A stretch of 36,881 nucleotides of DNA from Alistipes sp. (GCA_045590115.1 JAZNQJ010000169.1:1-36881); one strand, 5' to 3'. Positions 9,623-18,861 are shown, counted from the stretch's first letter. Notes: generated by a model not told the origin, from the sequence alone. Translations and numbers: made by a program.

Positions 9623-9746
9623 AGGAGGTTGAATAAAAAGATGTAGTTTTAGGCCTGCGAAGCCCGAAAAAGCGGAGTTTACTCGGCGTAAATGAGCATT
9701 TTGAGGGTAAGCATAACGACAAAATACACTTTTTATTCAGCCTCTT
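9623..9746. repeat. ~124-bp imperfect palindromic element (MITE-like / RPE-like)
   Basis: Terminal inverted arms AGGAGGTTGAATAAAAAGATGTAGTTTT and AAAATACACTTTTTATTCAGCCTCTT; nested inner stems ending in GTTTAC-TCGGC-GTAAAT; no ORF. Confidence 0.7.
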
Positions 9747-9812
9747 GTTGTTCAAGGATTACCAATTTCTAAATTTTTGCCCTTTGTTCATACAACATTA
9801 TTAATAAAGTTG

Positions 9813-9820
9813 TATCTTTG
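9813..9820 (+). promoter_or_regulatory. -7 promoter element for serS
   Basis: TATCTTTG 31 bp before ATG 9852. Confidence 0.6.
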
Positions 9821-9851
9821 TGGGTTGGAAAGTTAATCAAACGAAAATTCT

Positions 9852-11123
9852 ATGCTTACACTAAAGCAAATACGCGAAAATAAGGAGGAGGCTATACGCC
9901 GCCTACGCAAGAAGGGTGTCGACGCTACAGAGATTATCGCCCGCATCGAGAGCTTAGATGATAACCGCAAGGCACTACAGGCAGAGCTTGACGACTGCCT
10001 CGCACAGCAGAACATGGCCGCCAAGCAGATTGGCGCACTCATGGGCAAGGGCCTTAAAGAGGAGGCTGAGGCTAAGAAGCAGGAGGTGGCACAGCTCAAG
10101 AGCCGCTCAGTAGAGCTTAAGGAACTCTCGGAGCGAGTACAGGAGGAGCTTCAGACCGAAATTGTTAAGCTCCCTAACTTCCCAGCAGAGATTGTCCCTG
10201 AGGGTCTTACGGCTGAGGATAATGTCGTTGTTAAGCTCGTGGAGAACTACACCGAGATTCCTGGCGAGGCACTACCCCACTGGGAACTTGCCAAGAAGTA
10301 CGACATCATCGACTTCGACCTTGGCGTGAAGCTCACAGGCGCAGGCTTCCCCGTATATAAGGGCAAGGGCGCACGTCTGCAGCGTGCCTTGATAAACTAC
10401 TTCCTCGACTGCAACACACGTGCTGGATACCAGGAGGTTGAGCCTCCAATCATGGTGAATGAGGCGTGGGGCTTCGGCACAGGTCAGCTCCCCGACAAGG
10501 AGGGTCAGATGTATCACGTTACGGCAGATGGCTACTATCTTGTGCCTACGGCAGAGGTGCCTGTGACCAACATCTTCCGTGATGTAATCCTTGAGCAGAG
10601 TGAGCTACCGGTGAAGATGACCGCATACACCCCATGTTTCCGTCGTGAGGCAGGCTCTTATGGCAAGGATGTGCGTGGCCTTAACCGTCTACACCAATTC
10701 GACAAGGTGGAGATTGTGCAGGTGGCACACCCCGACAAGTCGTATGAGGCTCTCGACAAGATGGTGGAGCATGTGGAGAGCATCGTGGCATCGCTCGGCC
10801 TGCCATACCGCATCTTGCGTCTCTCAGGTGGCGACATGTCGTTCACCTCGGCACTAACATACGACTTTGAGGTATACTCTGAGGCGCAGAAGCGTTGGCT
10901 CGAGGTGTCGTCAGTCTCTAACTTCGAGTCGTTCCAGGCCAACCGCCTCAAGCTACGCTATCGTGATGATAACCGCAAGCCACAGCTGGCACACACGCTA
11001 AATGGCTCGTCTCTTGCACTACCACGAATTGTTGCTGCACTGCTCGAAAACAACCAAACTGAGGAGGGAATTCGCATCCCAGATGTATTAATTCCTTACA
11101 CAGGCTTTGATTTTATAAAATAA
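9852..11123 (+). CDS. serS: Serine--tRNA ligase
   Basis: N-terminal coiled-coil arm; LVPTAEVP, FRREAGSYG, GLNRLHQFDKVE, EVSSVSN and HTLNGSSLALPR motifs. Confidence 0.98.
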   Translation: MLTLKQIRENKEEAIRRLRKKGVDATEIIARIESLDDNRKALQAELDDCLAQQNMAAKQIGALMGKGLKEEAEAKKQEVAQLKSRSVELKELSERVQEELQTEIVKLPNFPAEIVPEGLTAEDNVVVKLVENYTEIPGEALPHWELAKKYDIIDFDLGVKLTGAGFPVYKGKGARLQRALINYFLDCNTRAGYQEVEPPIMVNEAWGFGTGQLPDKEGQMYHVTADGYYLVPTAEVPVTNIFRDVILEQSELPVKMTAYTPCFRREAGSYGKDVRGLNRLHQFDKVEIVQVAHPDKSYEALDKMVEHVESIVASLGLPYRILRLSGGDMSFTSALTYDFEVYSEAQKRWLEVSSVSNFESFQANRLKLRYRDDNRKPQLAHTLNGSSLALPRIVAALLENNQTEEGIRIPDVLIPYTGFDFIK

Positions 11124-11135
11124 TTCGTATATTTG
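11106..11135 (+). promoter_or_regulatory. Promoter for ferredoxin, overlapping the serS 3' end
   Basis: TTTG (11106-11109) and TATATTTG (11128-11135) with an 18-bp spacer. Confidence 0.55.
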
Positions 11136-11176
11136 CATTACGAAAATAGGAATACACTCATTAAAAACTAAGTAAT

Positions 11177-11347
11177 ATGGCTTACAAGATTTCAGATTCT
11201 TGCGTTGCATGTGGTACATGTATCGGCGAGTGCCCAGTTGAGGCTATTTCAGAAGGTGATATCTATGTAATCGATCCAAGCAAGTGCATCGACTGCGGTA
11301 CATGTGCAGGCGTTTGCCCTTCAGAGGCTATCGCTCCTGAGGCTTAA
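11177..11347 (+). CDS. 2[4Fe-4S] dicluster ferredoxin, 56 aa (absent from the supplied ORF track)
   Basis: Manual translation MAYKISDSCVACGTCIGECPVEAISEGDIYVIDPSKCIDCGTCAGVCPSEAIAPEA*; two CxxCxxCxxxCP motifs; own promoter and terminator. Confidence 0.96.
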   Translation: MAYKISDSCVACGTCIGECPVEAISEGDIYVIDPSKCIDCGTCAGVCPSEAIAPEA

Positions 11348-11379
11348 TTCGGCCTACAGATAGATTATCTCTATCACAT

Positions 11380-11428
11380 ATCAGGGTTGTCCAATCATCA
11401 GGTTGTGACAACCCTGATTGTTTTTTTT
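11380..11428 (+). terminator. Intrinsic terminator after ferredoxin
   Basis: 12-bp stem ATCAGGGTTGTC / GACAACCCTGAT followed by TG and T8. Confidence 0.88.
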
Positions 11429-11517
11429 GATGGGGGAGGCTGAGGGTGTTTCAGCGAATTTTAAACGAATAGGAGATCGAAGTAGCTTGTACTTGGTGCA
11501 ATGTCAATACTTTTTAG

Positions 11518-11525
11518 TATCTTTG
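11518..11525 (+). promoter_or_regulatory. -7 promoter element immediately before the U32 gene
   Basis: TATCTTTG ends 4 nt before ATG 11530. Confidence 0.6.
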
Positions 11526-11529
11526 TGCT

Positions 11530-13356
11530 ATGAGCGACAAAAAACGAAATATCGAGCTTCTATGTCCCGCACGTGACTACAAAGCTGCAGTGGCAGCAAT
11601 AGACTGCGGTGCTGATGCGCTATATATCGGCGCAAGCAGCTTCGGCGCACGTCGTGGAGCTACAAACTCAACAGAGGATATTGCACGTGTGGTGGCATAC
11701 GCCCACCTCTTCGGCGTGAGGGTATACGTAACGCTAAACACGATACTCTACGAGAGCGAACTGCGTGATGCAGAGCATCTCGCACATAAGTTGATAGAGT
11801 GTGGCGTAGATGGCCTCATAGTCCAGGATATGGCCTACAGAGAGATGAACCTGCCCACAGAGCTACACGCCTCAACACAGGTGTGCAACATGACGGCGGA
11901 GGGTGCTAAGTTTTTGGAAGATAGCGGCTTCACACGTGTAATCTTGGAGCGTGCCCTGTCGCTCGACCAGATTCGTGCCATACGTCAGGCAACAACCGTA
12001 GACCTTGAATGTTTCATACATGGCGCAATATGCGTAGGACATAGCGGAAGGTGCTACCTATCACGCTCACAATCAACACGTTCGGGAAACCGAGGCGAGT
12101 GTTCGCAGCCCTGCCGCCTAACGTACGACCTAACCACAGAGCGTGGCGAGAAGCTCATTAAGTCTAAGCACCTGCTCTCGGTAAAGGACTTTGACCTATC
12201 GGAGCATATCGGCGAGCTTATAGATGCGGGAGTTATGTCGTTCAAGATCGAGGGTAGGCTTAAGGATGACAACTACATAAAGAACGTGGTGAGCTACTAC
12301 CGCCGTCGAATTGATGAGGCACTATGCCAACGCCCCGACTGCCGACGTGCCTCGGTGGGACGTAGCGAGATAGAGTTTACGCCAGACCCCCGCAAGAGCT
12401 TTTCACGTGATGGCGGTGAATATATGTTTCTCGGCAAGCGTGCGGGTGTAGCCTCGTGGCTCACACCAAAGGCCGTAGGCGAGTATGTGGGGTGTGTGGC
12501 AACCGTAGACCGCCGCAGCTTCCGCCTTGCAAGTCGCACGCAGCTAAACGCTGGCGATGGTCTATGCTTCATCTCGCACGACGGCATCATCGGTAGCAAC
12601 GTAAACCGCACCGAAGGTAACATCGTGGAGCCTAACCGCATGGATGGCATAAAGCCTGGCATGGAGGTATACCGCAACTACGACCACCAATTCACACAGT
12701 CGGTAGAGCGTAGCCGCATACGTCGTGCCATAGATACCGAGTGTCGTGTAGTGCTGAGCGAGGATGGCATCGTGGCACAATATACCGATGTTGAGATGCT
12801 TAGTGTTACGGTACGTCGCAGCGTGAGCTTAGAGCGTTCCAAGAGCGAGGAGAAGATGCGCTCGGTAGCCCAAGAGCAGATGGCAAAGAGTGGAGACAGC
12901 ATATTCCGCATAACAAGCGTTACGGTTGAGGGTGCCGAGTGGTTTGCTACGGCAAAGCTTCTTGCCGAGATGCGTCGTGAGGCACTATCATTGCTCGCCT
13001 CGCAACGTGCCGAACGTAGAATGGAGCATGACATACGCTCGGACGATGGCACAGCACGCTACCCTGAGCGTAGGCTCACACCACAGCATAACGTGGTAAA
13101 CTCGCTTGCCCGCAGATTCTACACCCGTCATGGCGTGGAGCATATTGTCGAGGGTCTCGACACGTGGCGTTCGACATATGGCGAGAGGGTCATGGAGTCG
13201 AGCTACTGCATACGCCGAGAGATGGGCGAGTGTCTTAAGCAGGGGTCAAAGCTGCGTGATAGGCTCTACCTCGAGCATGGCCGCCACCGCTACCGCCTCG
13301 AGTTTGACTGTGCAAAGTGTCGCATGTCGCTCATAGATTGTTCAGAAAGGAGCTAA
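11530..13356 (+). CDS. rlhA: U32 family Fe-S RNA hydroxylase with C-terminal extension, RlhA-like (23S rRNA ho5C2501 synthesis)
   Basis: ELLCPA, GADALYIG, HASTQ, Fe-S Cys cluster HGAICVGHSGRCYLS...NRGECSQPCR, SFKIEGRLK; C-terminal YCIRREMGEC and FDCAKC. A length near 600 aa fits RlhA rather than TrhP or UbiU. Confidence 0.8.
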   Translation: MSDKKRNIELLCPARDYKAAVAAIDCGADALYIGASSFGARRGATNSTEDIARVVAYAHLFGVRVYVTLNTILYESELRDAEHLAHKLIECGVDGLIVQDMAYREMNLPTELHASTQVCNMTAEGAKFLEDSGFTRVILERALSLDQIRAIRQATTVDLECFIHGAICVGHSGRCYLSRSQSTRSGNRGECSQPCRLTYDLTTERGEKLIKSKHLLSVKDFDLSEHIGELIDAGVMSFKIEGRLKDDNYIKNVVSYYRRRIDEALCQRPDCRRASVGRSEIEFTPDPRKSFSRDGGEYMFLGKRAGVASWLTPKAVGEYVGCVATVDRRSFRLASRTQLNAGDGLCFISHDGIIGSNVNRTEGNIVEPNRMDGIKPGMEVYRNYDHQFTQSVERSRIRRAIDTECRVVLSEDGIVAQYTDVEMLSVTVRRSVSLERSKSEEKMRSVAQEQMAKSGDSIFRITSVTVEGAEWFATAKLLAEMRREALSLLASQRAERRMEHDIRSDDGTARYPERRLTPQHNVVNSLARRFYTRHGVEHIVEGLDTWRSTYGERVMESSYCIRREMGECLKQGSKLRDRLYLEHGRHRYRLEFDCAKCRMSLIDCSERS

Positions 13357-13368
13357 ACACAGATAACG

Positions 13369-13968
13369 ATGAAAAAGGTTTTTATATTAGTCCTTATCGT
13401 CCTAAGCCTAAACGCTTGCATGGGTCAGAACAACAACTCGGCAAACAACGAGACTGTGAGCAACTACTACGACCATGACTCATCATACTATGTCGCACGT
13501 AGCCAGGTGGATGGCACACCCGCAGTGTGGGTATTAATCCAGGATAACGTCGAGGTGGTGACATCGAACGAGTGGTACGAGTTCTTTACGCATATGAGTG
13601 GCGGGTGGTTTGCCGATGATTTCAGCCGTGATGAGTATACCATTACGGGGGTAAGCAAGAGCGTTATCAACTCGGACTACATCTATATTCACAGCAAAAC
13701 ATTCCCCACAGCAATCTTCGATACCCGCTCAAAGCTGGCTATGCCATTCTACGGAGTATTCGTTGGTGAGGTGACAAAGGGAAAGTATAGCGGCAGCTAC
13801 GTATGGGGCATGGGTAATGGCGTTACCATATGTGCAATCCCAGAGATTATAGCCATCGACACCACACATATCACATTGGATGAAATTCAAATTGAGCATC
13901 ATGTAGATGGTGGCAGTTCAGAGGCCGTTCTACGCAAGATTATTGACTATATCGAAAACATTAAGTAA
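13369..13968 (+). CDS. Hypothetical lipoprotein
   Basis: MKK, hydrophobic core and LNAC lipobox; 12-bp and 2-bp gaps to neighbours; no family recognised. Confidence 0.7.
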   Translation: MKKVFILVLIVLSLNACMGQNNNSANNETVSNYYDHDSSYYVARSQVDGTPAVWVLIQDNVEVVTSNEWYEFFTHMSGGWFADDFSRDEYTITGVSKSVINSDYIYIHSKTFPTAIFDTRSKLAMPFYGVFVGEVTKGKYSGSYVWGMGNGVTICAIPEIIAIDTTHITLDEIQIEHHVDGGSSEAVLRKIIDYIENIK

Positions 13969-13970
13969 CA

Positions 13971-14855
13971 ATGACTAAGCAGCTTACGCCCGATATCCCC
14001 GACTATGCACTCCTCGACACAGGCGATGGCGAGAAGCTCGAACGCTTTGGCCGCTATGTAGTGCGCCGCCCCGAGCCTCAGGCCGTATGGCGCAAGAGCC
14101 TCAGCGACAAGGAGTGGCTCAAGGCCGATGCCTCGTTTCTGCGTGATACCAAGAGCGAGGAGCGTGGCGAGTGGCGACTAAAGCCCCAGATGCCATCACG
14201 CTGGATGGTGCATTTCGACTATAAGGACATGCACCTACGCCTACGCCTGGCTCTCACGTCGTTTAAGCATGTGGGCATATTCCCTGAGCAGGCAGCAAAT
14301 TGGGAGTTTATCTACGACACCATCACCGAGCTACGCACAGAGGGCATAGAGCGTCCTAAGGTGCTTAACCTCTTCGCATATACGGGAGGTGCTACGCTGG
14401 CTGCACGTGCCGCAGGTGGCGATGTTACGCATGTAGACTCCGTAAAGCAGGTGGTGACATGGGCAAGAGAGAACATGGAGTCCTCAGGACTTGATGGCGT
14501 GCGCTGGATTGTGGAGGATGCCATGAAGTTTGTCGAGCGTGAGGTGCGTCGTGGCAACCGCTACCATGCCATCATCCTCGACCCGCCAGCCTATGGTCGT
14601 GGTGCTAATGGCGAGAAGTGGATACTTGAGGAGCATATATGCCGTATGCTGGAGTGCTGCGCTGAACTTCTTGAGCGTAAGAACGCCATGCTCGTACTCA
14701 ACCTATACTCTATGGGGCTATCATCCATCGTTGCCCGTACCGCAGTGCATCAGGCCTTCGGAGCGCCCCGTAGTGAGCAACTTGGCGAGCTATACTTCGA
14801 GGATAGCTCTCAGAAGCAGATACCATTTGGCACCTACTACCGCTTTAGACGCTAA
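13971..14855 (+). CDS. Class I SAM-dependent methyltransferase (RlmI/RlmK-related)
   Basis: LDTGDGEKLERFG, FKHVGIFPEQ, VLNLFAYTGG SAM-binding motif and IILDPPAYG motif. Confidence 0.88.
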   Translation: MTKQLTPDIPDYALLDTGDGEKLERFGRYVVRRPEPQAVWRKSLSDKEWLKADASFLRDTKSEERGEWRLKPQMPSRWMVHFDYKDMHLRLRLALTSFKHVGIFPEQAANWEFIYDTITELRTEGIERPKVLNLFAYTGGATLAARAAGGDVTHVDSVKQVVTWARENMESSGLDGVRWIVEDAMKFVEREVRRGNRYHAIILDPPAYGRGANGEKWILEEHICRMLECCAELLERKNAMLVLNLYSMGLSSIVARTAVHQAFGAPRSEQLGELYFEDSSQKQIPFGTYYRFRR

Positions 14856-14858
14856 ACC

Positions 14859-15398
14859 ATGGCACGACTTGGCGACATACTACTCTCGTTTCTGAAGATT
14901 GGCGCCTTCACCTTCGGTGGCGGCTACGCCATGATACCCATCATCCAGCATGAGGTCATCAACCGTCGTGGCTGGATTGCTGAGCGAGAGTTTGTCGACC
15001 TACTCACCTTAGCGCAGACCGCACCAGGCCCCATCTCGCTGAATACGGCGGTCTTTGTAGGGTATAAGTGTCGTGGCTTCTTAGGTGCGCTTATGGCAAT
15101 CTTAGGAGTTATACTCCCCTCGTTCATGGTGATATTGGTTGTTGCCATCTTCTTCTCGGAAATACGTGATAACGAGTGGGTTGACGCAGCATTCAAGGGT
15201 ATGCGTCCCGCCGTTGTAGCACTCATCGTAGCACCCATCCTTGGTCTTACTCGTGGCATGCGCTGGTGGGCAATGGCCGCTGCTACAGCCACAGCACTTG
15301 CGGTGTGGTACTTGTGTATATCGCCTGTATGGTTGCTTGTAGCAGGTGCAGTTGTGGGTCTGCTGTGGGCAGCACGTGGAAAGGAGGTAGAGCGATGA
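14859..15398 (+). CDS. chrA: Short-chain chromate transporter, subunit 1
   Basis: FLKIGAFTFGGGYAMI, AQTAPGP and GMRPAVVAL motifs. Confidence 0.92.
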   Translation: MARLGDILLSFLKIGAFTFGGGYAMIPIIQHEVINRRGWIAEREFVDLLTLAQTAPGPISLNTAVFVGYKCRGFLGALMAILGVILPSFMVILVVAIFFSEIRDNEWVDAAFKGMRPAVVALIVAPILGLTRGMRWWAMAAATATALAVWYLCISPVWLLVAGAVVGLLWAARGKEVER

Positions 15399-15946
15399 GC
15401 ATCCTGCTACAACTCTTCGTAAGCTACCTTAAGATAGGCTTCTTTGGTTTTGGTGGTGGCTATGCCATGCTCTCGCTAATATACAACGAGGTGGTGGTCG
15501 GTCGTGGGTGGCTCACAAGTGGCGAGTTCTCGGATATCGTGGCTATCTCGCAGATGACACCTGGCCCAATCGCCATTAACTCAGCAACATATATCGGCTA
15601 TGAGGTCGCTGGCGTATGGGGCTCGGTGGTAGCGACAATTGCAGTATCGCTACCAGCACTCACGCTGATGATGCTCATCACGATATTCTTCCTGCGCCTA
15701 AGGGATAACCGCTACGTGAAGGGTGTTGTGAGCGGTATGCGACCCATTGTCGTGGGCATGATTGGCTCGGCAGCACTACTACTTATGTTCCCCGCCGAGG
15801 GCGATGACTCGCCGAGCTTTATCGATGGCTGGAGCTGGGCAATATTTGGCGCAACACTCCTTGCCTCCTACCTTAAGCTCAACCCAATACTACTTATCGT
15901 CGCATCGGGTATCGCTGGCGTGGTAATATATAGATTTATAATGTGA
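15395..15946 (+). CDS. chrA: Short-chain chromate transporter, subunit 2
   Basis: True start is ATG 15395 (ATGA overlap with the upstream stop); YLKIGFFGFGGGYAML and SQMTPGPIAINSATYIG motifs. Confidence 0.92.
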   Translation: MSILLQLFVSYLKIGFFGFGGGYAMLSLIYNEVVVGRGWLTSGEFSDIVAISQMTPGPIAINSATYIGYEVAGVWGSVVATIAVSLPALTLMMLITIFFLRLRDNRYVKGVVSGMRPIVVGMIGSAALLLMFPAEGDDSPSFIDGWSWAIFGATLLASYLKLNPILLIVASGIAGVVIYRFIM

Positions 15947-15953
15947 TAATACT

Positions 15954-16229
15954 ATGATTTTCAGACCTATAATACTCTCAATGCTGCTGATTTGCAGTGT
16001 GGGATGTGTGAACACAACCACACAAAATAGCTCCACCCCAAAGCATGGTGTAGAGCTTATTGATGGCGATATTGTAGCAACGTTTAAGTACCGCCATGAT
16101 CTTATGCGCAAGGCTATGGAGAGTGGCGATGTGGCTCTTGCCGAGAGCATCAGCGCCGAGACCAACGCCTGGCTCGAGACTCTAAGCTACGAGGAGCAGA
16201 CACTTATCAGCCGCTCACTCAGCAAATAA
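15954..16229 (+). CDS. Small hypothetical lipoprotein
   Basis: Signal peptide with SVGC lipobox and a helical body; 7 bp after chrA; overlaps the convergent gene by 15 bp. Confidence 0.55.
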   Translation: MIFRPIILSMLLICSVGCVNTTTQNSSTPKHGVELIDGDIVATFKYRHDLMRKAMESGDVALAESISAETNAWLETLSYEEQTLISRSLSK

Positions 16230-17294
16230 GAGATATGGAGCAAGCCTTTTGGCCTCATCTTCACTTATGACACGACTGCTAACCAGGTCATCAAGACTTT
16301 CAAACTGTTTGCCTTTAGACCTATGACTCATCACCCTGCGTAGCAGCTTTTGCGACACGTAGGGGTGCGCCGCAAGCATATCTACCGAAATTGTGTTAAG
16401 ATCCATCCTCCGCACAAGCTGCGTGTTGCACCACACTTGGGACTTGATGCGTAGATAGTTGTCTGGGGTGACAACATCCAGCTCCCTGAGTTGCTCCACA
16501 GAGTGGTAACCACCAAGCAGCTCACGATATCGCACTATCGCCTCCACACTCCTCTCGCCAATGCCCACAATAGTGCGCAGCGTAACAGAGTCGGCACTAT
16601 TAAGCTCCACTATAGTAACGCTCTCAACCTCCTCAGGCTCAGGGAATATCACATAAGGCTCAAGTACCGTAGCCACCTCATCATCCACAACATAGCACTC
16701 ACGTAGCTCTTCCATATCACGAAAGCCACTGCGATCCCTCCAGCGTATGACAACCTCAGCCTGACGCTTGGTAAACAACCCTGTAGCTCTCAGATGGTCT
16801 ACAGTGACTGTGTCTATCTTAAATGGATTTAGCTCCAACGTCTTAGGCTTAGGCTTAGATTGGTGCTTACCATCAAACGTCGTAGAGCTATACTCCTTAC
16901 GAGGCTTTATGCGATACTCCTCGCCAATGGTAATATATGGCTTCAGCACATCATACAACGAGTCGCTAATGCCGTAGCACAAAGCTACATCCTCACGTAT
17001 ACGGAATACCTTGCCAGCTGCACGATACTTTACAAGCGACACAGCCACCTTGCGGTCTATGCCCATAGCTCGCAGCTGCTCATACTCTACTGTATTAGGG
17101 TCAAAGGGGTGTGGGCGTAGACTATCTTCCGATATTTCGATATCGGCCTCCGCGAATAGCTTTGTGTCGATGTCTGGCTCTGAAGGTGCGCCATTTCGAG
17201 GCTTGGCAAGTAGCAGAGCTACAGCAACAAGCCCTATGACAACCATAGCTAAAAAACCACCAACGATATCTCTTTTGTCGAACATCTTAGCCAT
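16215..17294 (-). CDS. Membrane-anchored multi helix-hairpin-helix (ComEA-like) DNA-binding protein
   Basis: N-terminal TM; FDPNT...LRAMG and VELNSADSVTLRTIVGIG...IVRYRELLGGY repeats. Confidence 0.85.
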   Translation of the reverse strand: MAKMFDKRDIVGGFLAMVVIGLVAVALLLAKPRNGAPSEPDIDTKLFAEADIEISEDSLRPHPFDPNTVEYEQLRAMGIDRKVAVSLVKYRAAGKVFRIREDVALCYGISDSLYDVLKPYITIGEEYRIKPRKEYSSTTFDGKHQSKPKPKTLELNPFKIDTVTVDHLRATGLFTKRQAEVVIRWRDRSGFRDMEELRECYVVDDEVATVLEPYVIFPEPEEVESVTIVELNSADSVTLRTIVGIGERSVEAIVRYRELLGGYHSVEQLRELDVVTPDNYLRIKSQVWCNTQLVRRMDLNTISVDMLAAHPYVSQKLLRRVMSHRSKGKQFESLDDLVSSRVISEDEAKRLAPYLLFAE

Positions 17295-17315
17295 CGTAGC
17301 AGCGCTTTGAGAAAA

Positions 17316-18839
17316 CTATTTCGAGGGTATAGACTCGGCCTTAACCTTGAAGAAGTTCATCGACGAGCCGGCATCGAGTATGCGGTAGTCGTAGATGTTA
17401 CCCCAACGTGCTGGACGATCCTTAATTTCGCAATCCTCCTCAGTGTCGTTGACCACGTAGTCACGAATCATCGCATGCCAAGTGTTGATACGGTCGATAG
17501 AAGCCTGATAGTAGAAGAGGTTGTTCTGAGGGCTGACAAGCTCGTTGAGCGCCTCAACATATATCTTGCGGTAGTCATCAAACTTGAGTATCTTGCCGAT
17601 AAGAGGGTTGCGCCCTGTATCGCCCCAATTCAGCGGATCCTGACGGCCTGAGTCGCTCACATTATTGCAGTGGCTCGATGTGCCGAGCGTATTGTCGTAG
17701 TCGTAGGGGATAAAGAAGAACTTGTAGTTGTTCGTATCCGAAGAGTTAAAGTAGATGTAGAAGTTGTTGCAGTTGTTCCAATAGTCGTCCCACATGCCAA
17801 CCACAACATTTACGGCATAGGTGCGTAACAATAGGCGCACGTCGCACACCTTGGCAATCCAATCGTGGAACTCCTGTCCCGAGAGCTGTGTGAGGTTCTT
17901 GGTAAACTCACGTAGCTGAGTCTTTGCGGTCTCGAAATTCTCAATGTTGCTCTTTAGCTCATAGGTGTAGTTTGTACCCGAGTCATCATCAAAGTGTATC
18001 GAGACGTTGTTCATGTCGTTATAGTTGAGCGTAGCACCCCAGCGACACTTCCATAGGTTGTGCTGATGGTCGCCAAAAAGCTCCTTACGCTTCTTCACAA
18101 ACTTATCATCGATTGCCTCAATCATCTCGTAGACACCGTAGTATGCAGGTTTACTGTCACCCTCAACATGAATCCATAGGCGGCAGTACGAGCTATATGG
18201 TGCTGTCCAGATACCAAAGCGGCGGAAGAGGTCATAGCAGTAAAGCTCACGACAGTAGGCACGATCATCCTTGTGCCACTTGAGGTGGAGCTTACGCACG
18301 TTGTGTAGCTCGTGGGCATCATCCTTTTGATATTTACGCAAGTTGAGCATGAAGTGGCAGTGATGCCAATCTGCATTATCACGCTTGTGCATCTCGCCAC
18401 CATTGCCCTCAGGACGTACACGTGAGGTATTACCACGTAGGCGTAGGCCAGCGTCTACAAAGTTGTGAGTCTCGCCCTTAGACTTAAACTCTGCATCGCA
18501 ATGGATATATTCTGCTGTGTTGCTATCTCGGTCATACTCCTTAAGTAGAGCGTTCCACTCCGCCTCGGTTACAGAGATACGTATCTCGGGCAGGGTATTC
18601 ATATCGAAGACCCAATCTAACTCGCCCGCAGCCCACGATGTATCAGGATAGTCGTTGTTTGGAGGTGTTGGCTCGGGTTCAGGCTCAGGCTCAGGCGTTG
18701 GATCATCCTTGTTAGGATCATCCTTATCGGGTTGCTCGGTACCCTGGTCGGGGAATATTGGTGTAAGGTCCTCGGTACAGCCCACAAGCGATAGCACTAC
18801 GAGCATTATTACGAGAAATATTGTTGTTACCTTCTTCAT
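17316..18839 (-). CDS. CotH kinase family lipoprotein
   Basis: Probable start MKKVTT at 18839 with LVGC lipobox; PEPEPEP linker; GLRLRGNTSR, YGVYEMIEAID, WDDYWNNCNNFY and IPYDYDNTLG motifs. Confidence 0.85.
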   Translation of the reverse strand: MKKVTTIFLVIMLVVLSLVGCTEDLTPIFPDQGTEQPDKDDPNKDDPTPEPEPEPEPTPPNNDYPDTSWAAGELDWVFDMNTLPEIRISVTEAEWNALLKEYDRDSNTAEYIHCDAEFKSKGETHNFVDAGLRLRGNTSRVRPEGNGGEMHKRDNADWHHCHFMLNLRKYQKDDAHELHNVRKLHLKWHKDDRAYCRELYCYDLFRRFGIWTAPYSSYCRLWIHVEGDSKPAYYGVYEMIEAIDDKFVKKRKELFGDHQHNLWKCRWGATLNYNDMNNVSIHFDDDSGTNYTYELKSNIENFETAKTQLREFTKNLTQLSGQEFHDWIAKVCDVRLLLRTYAVNVVVGMWDDYWNNCNNFYIYFNSSDTNNYKFFFIPYDYDNTLGTSSHCNNVSDSGRQDPLNWGDTGRNPLIGKILKFDDYRKIYVEALNELVSPQNNLFYYQASIDRINTWHAMIRDYVVNDTEEDCEIKDRPARWGNIYDYRILDAGSSMNFFKVKAESIPSK

Positions 18840-18861
18840 ACAGAGTGTAATTAAGATGTGA

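Noticed and set aside
10467-10469. Trp in SerRS NEAWGFGTG, where I recall Ser in Bacteroidales
   Set aside because: A single TCG/TGG difference outside the core catalytic motifs; cannot be told from a variant or base error, and there is no sign of recoding elsewhere.
15266-15394. N-terminal extension of the second chromate transporter
   Set aside because: It overlaps the first chrA. ATG 15395 gives an ATGA coupling and the family-typical length.
18655-18735. Short tandem repeats (GGCTCA)n and GGATCATCCTT x2
   Set aside because: They encode the PEPEPEP and KDDPNKDDP linker; not CRISPR or a contingency locus.
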